Below, piece by piece: positions 50,701 through 59,331 of a DNA stretch of 64,000 nucleotides. Both the position numbers and the translations under genes were made by a program. The stretch is from contig NC_086100.1 of assembly GCF_963921235.1 (NCBI RefSeq), positions 201,378,001 to 201,442,000 of the forward strand, read 5' to 3'. The stretch is from Mobula hypostoma (taxonomy: Eukaryota). Position 1 is the stretch's first letter. Every line of letters starts with the position of its first letter. The notes beneath the pieces are model-generated. The model had not been told where the DNA came from. It worked only from the letters and a program-made list of their open reading frames with translations, and ran no database searches.

Positions 50701-53700
50701 CTGTGTCACCAATTACTCCAACACCTCATTCTTAACAATTGACTCCAACATCTCCCCAACCACTGAGGTCAATCTAACTGGTCTATAATTTCCTTTCTGC
50801 TGCCTTTCTCCTTTCTCTAAGGGTAGGGTGACATTCGCAATTTTCTGGTCCTCTTGCACCATGCTAGAGACCAATGATTTTTGAAAGATCATTACTAATA
50901 CCTCCATAATCTCTACCGCTACCTCTTTCTGAACCCTAGAGTGGCTTATGTACTGTTAGGTCTTTCAGTTTTTTGAGCACCTTCTCCTTTGTAATATTAA
51001 CTACGCTCACTTCTCTTCCCTCACACCCTTTCAACATCTGGCACACTGCTAGTGTCTTCCATGTGAAGACTAATGCAAAATACTCATTTGCCATCTCCTT
51101 GTCCCCTTTATCATTTCCCTGGCTTCATTTTCTAGCATTTCTATACCCACTCATCTCTCTTTTATTATTTACATACTTGAAAATGCTTTTACAATCCACT
51201 TTAATATTGTTTGCTAGCTTGCTTTCATATTTCATCTTTTCCCTCTTAATGATTCTTTTAGTTGCTCTCTGTAGGCTTACCGATCCTCAGTCTTTCCACC
51301 AATTTTTGCTTTGGTGTATGTCCTCTTTTGCTTTTATATTAGCTTTGACTCCCCTTGTCAGCCACAGTTGTACTATTTTTCCATTTAAATATTTCTTCAT
51401 TTTTAGAATACATCAATCCCTCTCCTTCTTCGGTTTTTCCCAGAAACTCATGCCATTGCTGCTCTGCTGTCTTCCCTGCCAGCATCTCCTTCCAATTTAC
51501 TTTGGCCAACACTGCTCTCTCACCACTGTAATTTCCTTTACTCCACTGAAATACTGATACATCAGACTTTACTTTCTCACTATCAAATTTCAAGTTGAAC
51601 TCAATGATATTGAGGTTATTGGCTCCTAAGGGTTTCTTTACCTTAAACTCCCTAATCGTCTCCAGTTATTTGCATAACACCAGTCCAGGAAAGCTAATCC
51701 CCTAGTCGGCTCAATGACAAACTGCTCTAAAAAACCATCTCGTAGGCATTCAACAAACTCACTCTTTTGAGATCCATTACCAAGCTGATATTCCCAATCG
51801 GCCTGCGTGTTAAAATCTCCCATGACTGTCATAACATTGCCCTTTTGACATGCCTTTTCTATTTCCTGTTGAAATCTGTGTTCCACACCACAACCCAGCT
51901 ACTGCTGGGAGGCCTGTATATAACTGCCATCAGGGTCTTTTTACCCTTGCAGTTTCTTAACTCAACCCACAAGGATTCAACATCTTCCAATCCTATGTGA
52001 CATCATTCTAATGATTTGATGCCATTGTTTATCAGCAGAGCCACACCACCCCCTCTGCCTACCTTCCAATCCCTCTGATACAACGTGTAACCTTAGACAG
52101 TCAGCTCCCAACTACAACCATCCTTCGGCCACGTTTCAGTGATGGCCACAACATCGTACCTGACAATTTGTAAAGTGCAACAAGATCATCCGCCTTATTT
52201 CTTATACTCCATGCACTGAGATATAGCACTTTGAGTCCTGTATTTACTACCCTTTCTGATTTTCCATCCTTAATGCACTGATACTCACCCTGCTGGCTGC
52301 AATTTTGTCTTATCATCTGCCTGACGGTCTGACTGCACACTATCTTGCTTTTTTTTTCCATCTGTCCTGTCCTGAGTCCCTTCATTCCGATTCCCACACC
52401 CCTGCCAAATTAGTTTAAACCCTCCCCAACAGCTCTAACAAACCTGCCCGTGACAATATTGGTCCCCCTCGGGTTCAGGTGCAACCCGTTCCTTTTGTAC
52501 AGGTCATATCTTCCCCCAGAAGAGATCCCAGTGATGTGAGAACCTGAAGCCCTGCCCCCTGCACCAGCTTCTCAGCCACACAGTTATCTGTCAAATCATC
52601 CTGCTTCTACCACCACTAACAAGTGGCACAGGTAGCAATCCAGAAATTACTATTCTGAAGGTACTGCTTCTCAGCTTTCTGTCTAGCTCTCTAAATTCCC
52701 TCTTCAGGACCTTATCACTTTGTCATTGGTACCAGTATGTACAAGAGATCTGGCTGCTCTTCCTCCCTCTCTAAAATGATGTGGACCCTGGCACCTGGGA
52801 GGCAACGTACCATCTGGGGTCTGTCCAAGGTCTTATCACTGTCAACCTGTGCAGCAGCTTTGAGTGTCCAGTGGACACTTGTCTGGGTTGTCATCCATCT
52901 GCCACTTCTCAGCCCAGTTCTGCATCCTATCAATGTTCCTCTGACAACCCTCCAGACTACCCACAACACCCCTAACCTTTGTGTCATAAGCAAATTTACT
53001 AACCCACCCTTCTACTTCTTCATCTGGGTTACTTATAAAAATCACAATGAGGAGGGATCCCAGAGCAGATCCCTGTGGAACACCACTGGTCAGAGACCTC
53101 CATGCAGAATATGACCCGTCTACAACCACCCTTTGCCTTCTGTGGGCAAGCAAGTTCTGGATCCACAAAGCAATGTCCCCTTGAATCCCATGCCTCCTTA
53201 CTTTCTGAGGGAGCCTTGCATGGGGAACCTTATCTCATGCCTTTCTGAAATCCATATATACTACATCCACTCCGCTACCTTCATTGATGTGTTTTGTTAC
53301 ATCCTCAAAGAATTCAGTCGGGCTCGTAAGGCACAACCTGCCCTTGACAAAGCCATGCTGACTATCCCTAATCAGATTACATCTCTCCAAATGCTCATAA
53401 ATTTTGCCTCTGAGGACCTTCTCCAATAACTTGCCCACCACTGAAGTCTAACTCACTGATATATAATTTTCTGGGTTATCTCTACTCCCTTTCTTGAACA
53501 AGAGAACAACATTTGCAACCCTCCAATCCTCCGATACTTCTTCCGTCCCTATTGATGATGCAAAGATCACTGCCAGAGGCTCAGCAATCTTCTTCCTCGT
53601 TCCCCACAGTAGCCTGGGGTATATCTCATCTAGTCCCAGTGACTTATCTAACTTGATGCTTTTCAAAAGCTCCAGCACATCCTCTTTCTTAATGTCTCTA

Positions 53701-56700
53701 TGTTCAAGCATTTCAGTCTGCTGTAAATCATCCCCACAATTGCCAAGGCTTTTTCCCCGGTGAATACTGAAGCAAAGTATTCATAAAGTACCTCCTCCGA
53801 CTCTATGCACACATTTCCACGATGGCACCTGATAGGTCCTATCAGTTTATCGATACGGTTTATCCTCTTGCTCTTCACAAACTTGTAAAATGCCTTTGGT
53901 TTTCCTTAATCCTGTTCACTAAGGCCTTCTCAGAGCACCTTCTGGCTCTCCTAATTCCATTCTTAAGCTTCCCAGTAACCTTGTAATATTCTAGAGCTCT
54001 AACAGTACCTAGTTTCTTCAACCTTTTGGAAATGTTTCTTTTCTTCTTAACTAGATTTTCTACATTCTTTGTACACCATGGTTCTTTTACCCTACCATCC
54101 TTTCCCTGCCTCAATGGAACATACCTATGCAGAACTCCATGCAAATGTTCCCTGAACATTTGCCACATTTCTGCTGTGCATTTCCCTGAGAACATCTGCT
54201 CCCAATTTATGCTCCCTGCCTAATAGCATCATATTTCCCCCGACCCAATTAAATGTTTTCCCAAGTTTTCTGCTCCTAACCCTCTCTACTGCTATGGTGA
54301 AGGAGATAGAGTTATGGTCTCTACCTCCAAAATGCTCTCCCACAAGAGATCTGACAGCAAACCAGGTTCATTTCCCAATACCAAAACAAGTACAGCCTCT
54401 CCTCCAGTTGGCTTATCTACATATTGCGTCAGGAAACCTTCCCGAACACACCGAAGAAACTCCACCCCATCTAAACCCCCTGCATGAAGGAGATGCCAAT
54501 TGATGTTAGGAAAGTTAAAATCACCCTTCACAACAACCCTATTAGTATTGCACATTCCAGAATCTGCCTCCCTACCTGCTCCTCGATATCCCTGTTACTA
54601 TTGGGTGGTCTATAAAAAAAACAACCAGTAGAGCTATTGCCCCTTTCCTGCTTCTGACTTCCACTCACACTGATTCAGTAGATAATCGCTCCATGACTTC
54701 CTCCCTTTCTGCAGCCGTGACACTATCTCTAATTAGCAATGCTGCGCCCCCACCTCTTTCCTCCCTCTTATTCTTTTTGAAACATCTAAAGCCTGGCACA
54801 CTCAGCAGCCATTCCTGCTCCTGAGACATCCAAATCTCTGTAATGACCACAACATCATAGTTGTACGTATAGAACCACACTCTAAATTCATCTGCTTCAT
54901 TTATGATACCCCTTGCATTAAAATAGACACATCTCAAACCATCAGACTGATTGCATCTTTGCTCTAACATCTGCCTATCCTTCCTCACAAACTCCCTACA
55001 AGCTGTCTCTACTTGTGCTCCAACCTCCCCGTCTTCTGCCTCTTCACGTAGGTTCCCACCCCACTGCAAATCTAGTTTAAACCCTCCCCAATAGCATTAG
55101 CAAACCACCCCGCCAGGATTTTGATCCCCCTCAGATTCAAGTGCAACCCGTTCATTTTGTACAGGTCACACCTGCCCCAGAAGAGGTCCCAATGATCCAA
55201 AAATATGAATCCCTGCCCCCTGCTCCAATCCTTCAGGCATGCATTTATCCTCCACCTCATTCTATTCCAATACTCACTGTCGTATGACACAGGCAGCAAC
55301 CCCGAGATTACTACCTTTGAGGTCCTGCTTCTTAGCTTCCTTCCTAACTCCCTGTATTCTGCTTTCAGGACCTCCACACTTTTTCTACCTATAAGACCAT
55401 AAGATATAGGAGCTGATGTAGACCATTTGGCCCTTTGAGTCTTCTCTGCCCTTCAATCATGGGCTGATCCAATTCTTCCAGTCATCCACATTTCCCTACC
55501 TTCTTCCCATACTCTTATATGAAGAACCTATCTATCTCTGACCTTAAATACACCCAATGACTTTGCATCCACAGCTGCTCGTGGCAACAAATTCTACAGA
55601 TTTACCACCCTCTGACTAAAGTAATTTCTCCACTTCTCTGTTCTAAATGGACGTCCTTCAATCCTGAAGTCATGCCCTTTTGTCCTAGACTCCCCTACCA
55701 TGGGAAATAACTCTGCCATGTCTAATCTGTTCAGGCCTTTTAACATTCGGAATGTTTCTGTGAGATCCCCCTAATTCAGAATGTTTCTATAAGATCTCCC
55801 TCATTCTCCTGATAAATCTGTTGGAATCCTTTGAGGAGATTACACATAGGCTAGATAAGGGGGATGTAGTGGACATTGTATATTTGGACTATCAGAAGGT
55901 CTTTGACAAGGTGCCACACATGAGGCTGCTTACTAAGTTAAAAGCCTATGCTATTACGGGAAAGTTACTAACATGGTTAGATCATTGGCTGATTGGCAGG
56001 AGTCAGTGAGTGGGAATAAAAAGATCCTTTTCCGGTTGGCTCCACAGGGGCTGCTTCTTTTTATGCTGTATATCAATGATTTAGATGATGGAATACATTG
56101 CTTTGTTGCCAAGTTTGCAGATAAAACAAAGATTGGTGGAGGGGCAGGTAGTGTTGAGGAAACGGGTAGGCTGTAGAAGGACAGACAGATTAGGAGAGTG
56201 GGCAAGAGTGATAAATGAAATACAATGTTGGAAAATGCATGGTCATGCACTTTGGTACTAGAGATAAATGTGCAACTATTTTCTAAACAGTGAGAAAATC
56301 CAAAAATCTGAGATGCAAAGGGACCTGGGAGTTCTTGTGCAGAACACGCTAAAGATTAACTTGCAATTCGATTCTGTGGTGAGGAAGGCAAATGTCATGT
56401 TAGCATTCATTTCAAGAGGTCTATAATACAATAGTAGAGGGTTTCTAAGGCACTGTTGAAGCTTCACCTTGAGTATTGTGAACAGTTTTGGGCTCCTCAT
56501 CTGAGAAAAGATGTGCTGGCATTGGAGAGGGTTCAGAGGAGGTTCACAAGGATGATTCTGAGAATGAAAGGGTTATCATACAAGGGACACTTGATAGCTC
56601 TTGGTCTGTACTTGCTGGAATTCAGAAGGATAACGGGGGATCTCATTGAAACCTTTCGAATGTTGAAAAACCTAGACAGAGTAGATGTGGAAGGGATGTT

Positions 56701-57997
56701 TCCCATGGTGGGGGAGTCTAGGACAAGAGGGCACAGCCTCAGGATAGAGGTGCATCCATTTAAAACAGATGCAGAGAAATGTATTTAGTCATAGGGTGGT
56801 GAATTTGTGGAATTTATTACCACTGGCAGTTGTGGAGACCAGGTTATTGGGTGTATTTAAGGCAGAGCTTGATAGATTCTTGATTGGCCACAGCAACAAA
56901 GATTATGGGGAGAAGTCCGGGGAGTGGGGCTGAGGAGGGGAAAAATGGATTAGCCATGATCGAATGGCAGAGCAGACTCGATGGGCCAACTGCTCCTCTG
57001 TTTTATTGTCTTATGGTCTTCTAGCTAAGCCTTTTGTAATTTTACATACCTAAGTTAAATCTCTTCTCAACTAACTCTGTTCTTAAGGTGCATTAATCTT
57101 TTAGTCTCTGTTTTGAATGAACGTAATGACTGAGCCTCCTTTGGTAGAGAATTACAAAAGTTCAACACCTCTGAATGAAGATATTTTTCCATCAAGCCTC
57201 TTTACATCCTTCAGCATAATCTCAATGCTATCCAGTTTTATTGTATTAGCAAGCTTGGAAACATGGTAGTCAAAGTAGATATATTATCGAAGTACATATA
57301 TGTCACCATATACAATCCTGAGCTTCATCTTCTTGTGGACGTACTCAGTAAATCCAAGAACCGTAATAGAATCAGTGAAAGACCGCTTGAAAGACTACCA
57401 ATGTGCAAAAGACAAGGAAGTGAGAAAATACATACATAGTTAAACAAGCAAGTAATAAATATCAGGAACATGAGTCCATAGATTGTTGGGACAATTAATC
57501 CCCTCAATTAATTTATTGATATGGATAATAAACATCTGGGTCCAAGCCTTGATTAATCCAAGACTCAACTGGCCATAGTCTGTTCATTGAGAAACCCATT
57601 AATTCTTTGCTTTTTGACAGGTAACCATTCCTTTAGTTCCTGTTGGTTTAAAATCTATGCTGGTATATTGCACAAAATTCCATGTGCATAATCTTGTGAA
57701 TCAACTTTATTATCAAAAGTATTCTACAAAATCTAATTGTGCTCTGTCTCTGCTCACTGTTGGAATCTACCCAAATATCTGTGTGCCAAGTTATCCCTTA
57801 TTAACTTAAGTCTATTTTGTGGAGAAGAGAACAGCAGTGAACCAACTTCCAAATGACTTGGGTCAAACCTCACCTGTACATCATTAGCATTCATGTTTTA
57901 TCTTGTTTCTAGAGGCAGGAGCTTAAATAACATCGACAGACAGCTTGCTGAATTTGGATCCATGTGTTCCCAGGATTACTCAGGAGGTATTGTTCTG
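5677..57997 (+). CDS. ADAM15: ADAM-family metalloprotease gene (ADAM15-like), 7 internal exons: 5677-5755, 6613-6689, 9077-9236, 19637-19702, 29067-29138, 46289-46455, 57913-57997; incomplete at both ends
   Basis: Spliced translation is open: [65 protein letters not shown]...[67 protein letters not shown]...[46 protein letters not shown] family assignment is secure. The ADAM15 symbol rests only on recalled resemblance (LLPRLxxDxAQL, CSxDxSGG); an ADAM12/19/33-like paralog is not excluded. Confidence refers to the symbol. Confidence 0.5.
6180..6490 (-). mobile_element. CR1 fragments
   Basis: Degenerate RT sequence ([12 protein letters not shown] region) on the minus strand. Confidence 0.6.
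6613..6689 (+). CDS. ADAM exon, pro-domain ([25 protein letters not shown])
   Basis: ctctccag/gtaagt splice sites, 77 nt, hallmark HCxYxGxVxG...CSGL motif. Confidence 0.96.
6780..8910 (+). mobile_element. Decayed CR1 LINE ORF2 and 3' end, with an unrelated insert at about 7903-8447
   Basis: ORFs 6994..7362, 7513..8007 and 8667..8858 carry NYRPVxLT, GVPQxSVLG and FTQRVV motifs. Confidence 0.85.
9077..9236 (+). CDS. ADAM exon, end of pro-domain ([14 protein letters not shown]...HPLR)
   Basis: ttcttgtcag/gtaag, 160 nt, GLIxLxxxSYxIE motif; overlaps ORF 9087..9335. Confidence 0.93.
11272..13255 (+). mobile_element. Rex1/Babar-like LINE, decayed, with a CR1 3' fragment inside (about 12133-12440)
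   Basis: [41 protein letters not shown] and [13 protein letters not shown] motifs; (caatt)n tail; TSD agtat at 11267-11271 and 13256-13260. Confidence 0.8.
13958..14977 (-). mobile_element. CR1 LINE 3' fragment
   Basis: ORF 14315..14758 ([15 protein letters not shown]) and GVPQG/FADDTK motifs; (ctatgttt)-type tail. Confidence 0.9.
15596..16726 (+). pseudogene. hAT transposase remnant: N-terminal zinc finger fused to C-terminal dimerization domain; catalytic core missing
   Basis: CLCC...HLASKLH finger and [23 protein letters not shown] hAT dimerization motif lie only about 180 aa apart. Probable original ATG at 15606 is out of frame. Confidence 0.75.
16480..16710. mobile_element. Fold-back PLE pLTR insertion with hammerhead (about 16573-16612, + strand)
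   Basis: Near-perfect inverted arms of about 85 bp around 16575; CUGAUGA...GAAACGUU core; 15-bp TSD gagagagaaaaaata (16465-16479, 16711-16725). Confidence 0.88.
17128..18969 (+). mobile_element. Penelope-like retroelement (Neptune-type), 5'-truncated and frameshifted: RT, Cys linker, GIY-YIG endonuclease, 3' pLTR
   Basis: [36 protein letters not shown] and YYKPTD RT motifs; CKRNKCYTC linker; [30 protein letters not shown] nuclease (18250..18576). Confidence 0.93.
18873..18908 (+). ncRNA. Minimal hammerhead ribozyme in the PLE 3' pLTR
   Basis: AGUC-CUGACGA-AGGGUCUCGGCCU-GAAACGUC-AACU; PLE pLTRs are known to carry such minimal hammerheads. Confidence 0.72.
19637..19702 (+). CDS. ADAM exon, furin site and start of metalloprotease domain ([22 protein letters not shown])
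   Basis: tttttcag/gtgagt, 66 nt; R|LKR furin site across the junction; [10 protein letters not shown] reprolysin motif. Confidence 0.96.
20003..23830 (-). mobile_element. Decayed CR1 LINE (endonuclease to 3' end), interrupted by a + strand CR1 3' fragment (about 21998-22675) and tandem CR1 tails (about 22880-23025)
   Basis: ORFs 23125..23601 (EN), 21654..21911, 20903..21157 (RT), 20223..20537; + strand ORFs 22023..22376 and 22315..22590. Confidence 0.85.
24060..24590 (+). mobile_element. Highly degraded CR1 fragments
   Basis: ctggaaagggtacagaagaggtttatcaggatgctgcca (LERVQxRF) and ggatagtcaatgtgg (DSQHG-like) relics. Confidence 0.55.
25462..26431 (+). mobile_element. Solo LTR (Gypsy-type) with internal tandem repeats
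   Basis: Termini tgttacatg...cacgtaacg; 4-bp TSD ggag (25458-25461, 26432-26435); satellite phase resumes exactly after the insertion. Strand inferred from attaaa near the end. Confidence 0.72.
26262..26342 (+). mobile_element. PLE pLTR 3' stub
   Basis: Matches 16631-16710; 9-bp TSD caattgttt (26253-26261, 26343-26351). Confidence 0.8.
27507..27542 (-). ncRNA. Minimal hammerhead ribozyme (best-preserved copy)
   Basis: AGUC-CUGACGA-A-GGGU-UCUG-GCCC-GAA-ACGU-C-GACU: stem I AGUC/GACU, stem II, palindromic stem III, GUC cleavage triplet. Confidence 0.8.
27885..27920 (+). ncRNA. Minimal hammerhead ribozyme (with stem mismatches)
   Basis: AGUCCUGACGAAGGGUUCCGGCACGAAACGUCAACU; core intact, one mismatch each in stems I and II. 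Confidence 0.6.
29067..29138 (+). CDS. ADAM exon, metalloprotease domain ([24 protein letters not shown])
   Basis: ctctttcag/gtgagt, 72 nt, ANYVD motif, phase 0/0. Confidence 0.93.
29190..29920 (-). mobile_element. Degraded Rex1/Babar-like LINE 3' fragments
   Basis: [20 protein letters not shown] resembles [19 protein letters not shown] at 12851; includes an inverted copy of the tail. Confidence 0.5.
30016..34497 (-). mobile_element. RTE-clade LINE, near full length, decayed ORF (APE endonuclease, RT, C-terminal C2H2 finger); inserted into a CR1 3' fragment (29920-30015, 34500-35210)
   Basis: WNIRTLLD...[98 protein letters not shown]-rich tail. Confidence 0.92.
33398..34010. repeat. 51-bp GC-rich minisatellite (about 12 near-identical copies) in the RTE 5' region
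   Basis: Unit gaccactctcccccgccgcctcaccggatctccgctctgtaatccatgtgc; translates to a 17-aa repeat. Confidence 0.95.
35602..39689 (-). mobile_element. Near full-length CR1 LINE with ORF1 (Cys finger, coiled coil, SGNH esterase) and ORF2, both with stops or frameshifts
   Basis: ORF1 38974..39528 has CSVCSMWE and VVIGDSIVR; 38752..38958 has HVGTND; ORF2 segments 38081-38287, 37295-38011, 36879-37328, 36441-36875 and 36063-36437. Confidence 0.93.
40189..40352. mobile_element. Partial fold-back PLE pLTR insertion (hammerhead 5' core lost)
   Basis: Same family as 16480-16710; 12-bp TSD aatgtttctctg (40177-40188, 40353-40364). Confidence 0.85.
41213..43886 (-). mobile_element. Young 5'-truncated CR1 LINE with a 581-aa open ORF2 segment
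   Basis: ORF 41784..43529 has complete RT motifs; TSD tttgat (41207-41212, 43887-43892); near-identical to 1564-3926. Confidence 0.95.
44895..46260. mobile_element. CR1 3' fragments (minus about 44895-45260; plus about 45335-46260)
   Basis: RGRYFLHRV and YKIMRGI...[13 protein letters not shown] motifs; ctatgactct tail. Confidence 0.8.
46289..46455 (+). CDS. ADAM exon, metalloprotease domain ([17 protein letters not shown]...HNDNAQLIT)
   Basis: catttcag/gtaag, 167 nt, classical FYRPLxxRIALxGxEVW and FLxWR...DNAQL motifs. Confidence 0.97.
46879..47982 (+). mobile_element. Solo LTR (1104 bp) inserted in a CR1 endonuclease fragment (about 46745-48225)
   Basis: tgtcat...atgaca termini; 5-bp TSD ggaat (46874-46878, 47983-47987); tataaa box near 46976; internal (cccctt)n run and a direct repeat with about 130-bp period. 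Confidence 0.85.
48350..50385 (+). mobile_element. Decayed CR1 5' part (ORF1 and endonuclease), interrupted by a minus-strand CR1 3' end (about 49205-49615)
   Basis: atgccaggcaggatagttgaatgctcc (ORF1 start), gtccatgtaggtaccaat (VHVGTN) and [17 protein letters not shown] 49304..49588 is a CR1 C-terminus. Confidence 0.75.
50400..55390 (-). mobile_element. Two tandem decayed CR1 LINE bodies (about 50400-52820 and 52820-55390)
   Basis: Series of minus-strand ORFs with ORF1 esterase, EN (GDFN) and RT (QHGF, GVPQGS) motifs. Confidence 0.82.
55390..57020. mobile_element. Back-to-back CR1 3' fragments (minus about 55390-55810; plus about 55810-57020)
   Basis: ataagaccataag tail at the left end and cttatggtctt tail at the right end; [19 protein letters not shown] and [10 protein letters not shown] motifs. 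Confidence 0.8.
57913..57997 (+). CDS. ADAM exon, metalloprotease domain ([28 protein letters not shown])
   Basis: tgtttctag/gtaag, 85 nt, SMCSxxxSGG motif that precedes the zinc-binding exon; phase fits the previous exon. Confidence 0.92.
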
Positions 57998-59331
57998 GTA
58001 AGCATCAGCCTGTTTGCACAAATATGATATGATTGAAGGTCCAAGGTAACAGGACAAAAGTACTGGTGGAATACAAAAGATTTAATAAAGCCAGAAGCAA
58101 AGCTCAAAGCAATGGTTATTCAATAATCATGTGCAACAGGGAAAAGTTTAGAGGATCAATTTATTGGATGCATTTGGGACAGTTTTCCAAAACAGTACAA
58201 ATTGATTCAAATTCAGATTTATTTATCACATGTACATCATTTGTGTTAACAACCAAGACAAGCTAAGGACGTGCTGGAGCAGCCTGCAAATGTCAGCACA
58301 CAGTCCAGCACCAACACAGCATGTCCACAATGCTCAGCAGAACAAAACTGAATGCACTCAGTGACAGAGCAAAAACAGCAAAACAAACCCCATTCCTCCC
58401 TACCATCCACCCACCCATCTACATACACAGTCCACTAACCCCAGGACAAGGTGCCTTCATGGATTTGCAGATATTGGGCCTTTGACTCCCCAGCAGGCTC
58501 AGATTCAGGACTCCATCTGTCAGGATTTGAATTCTGGGCAGCTGAGCACCTTTCGGCTTTGAAATGGACTTCCAATCAACTTTTGGGTTTCAATCTGGAT
58601 TTCCAATTGATCTCCGGGCTTCAATCTTCAGTATAAACCTAGGACTTGCTGATGACAACAAATGAGGACCAAGGATGAAGATCTGAACTCCAGTCCTCAA
58701 ACTCTGATCTTGCCAACTCGTGTATCTAGCACCCTCGCACCTCCTGCCTCCTGCCAATCACTTGCTGACAGGGAGATGGGAATAGACTTGGTCAGACCTT
58801 AATCTTCTGAAGTGAAACAGAGGGTTTAATATGAAATCCCAGAGGAAGAGAACCATGAGGAAGTAATCACAACATGACAGTATTTTATAAGCAATTTGGA
58901 AGTTGTGCAATTTAGTCAGAATATTTAGAACAAAATGATGCCGAAGCTGGAGATTGAAAGCAATGAGAGGAAAGGCAGAAGTGATGACATGAAGAAACAG
59001 AGATGGGGAGGGGGAATGAAGTCGGTGTTTCAGGTCAAAAACCCTTTATCGAAACCAGTGAGAAAACAGGTGTTGGATTCTGTTGTTTAAATCCAAGGTT
59101 CTTTTAGATGTCAGGAAAGGGGCATAAAACTTGTTGCTTCACCATTGTTTTATTAAGAGTTGACAGAACAAAGGGAACAAGAACAGAACAGTGACAAGAG
59201 GTCTTGCTACTTGAAAAAGCAAGAACCTGAAGATGATGCCAAGCATAAAACAGTTATTTTTAAACTCAGAAATAAGAAATTTCCATAGTAAACAATAGTC
59301 CAGTCAGAAAAAACCTATTCAGTATTAGTTA

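Noticed and set aside
57600..57660. ttttgacag followed by gtaacc as a possible additional ADAM exon
   Set aside because: No ADAM-like reading frame; the exons at 46289 and 57913 already join in phase with collinear sequence.
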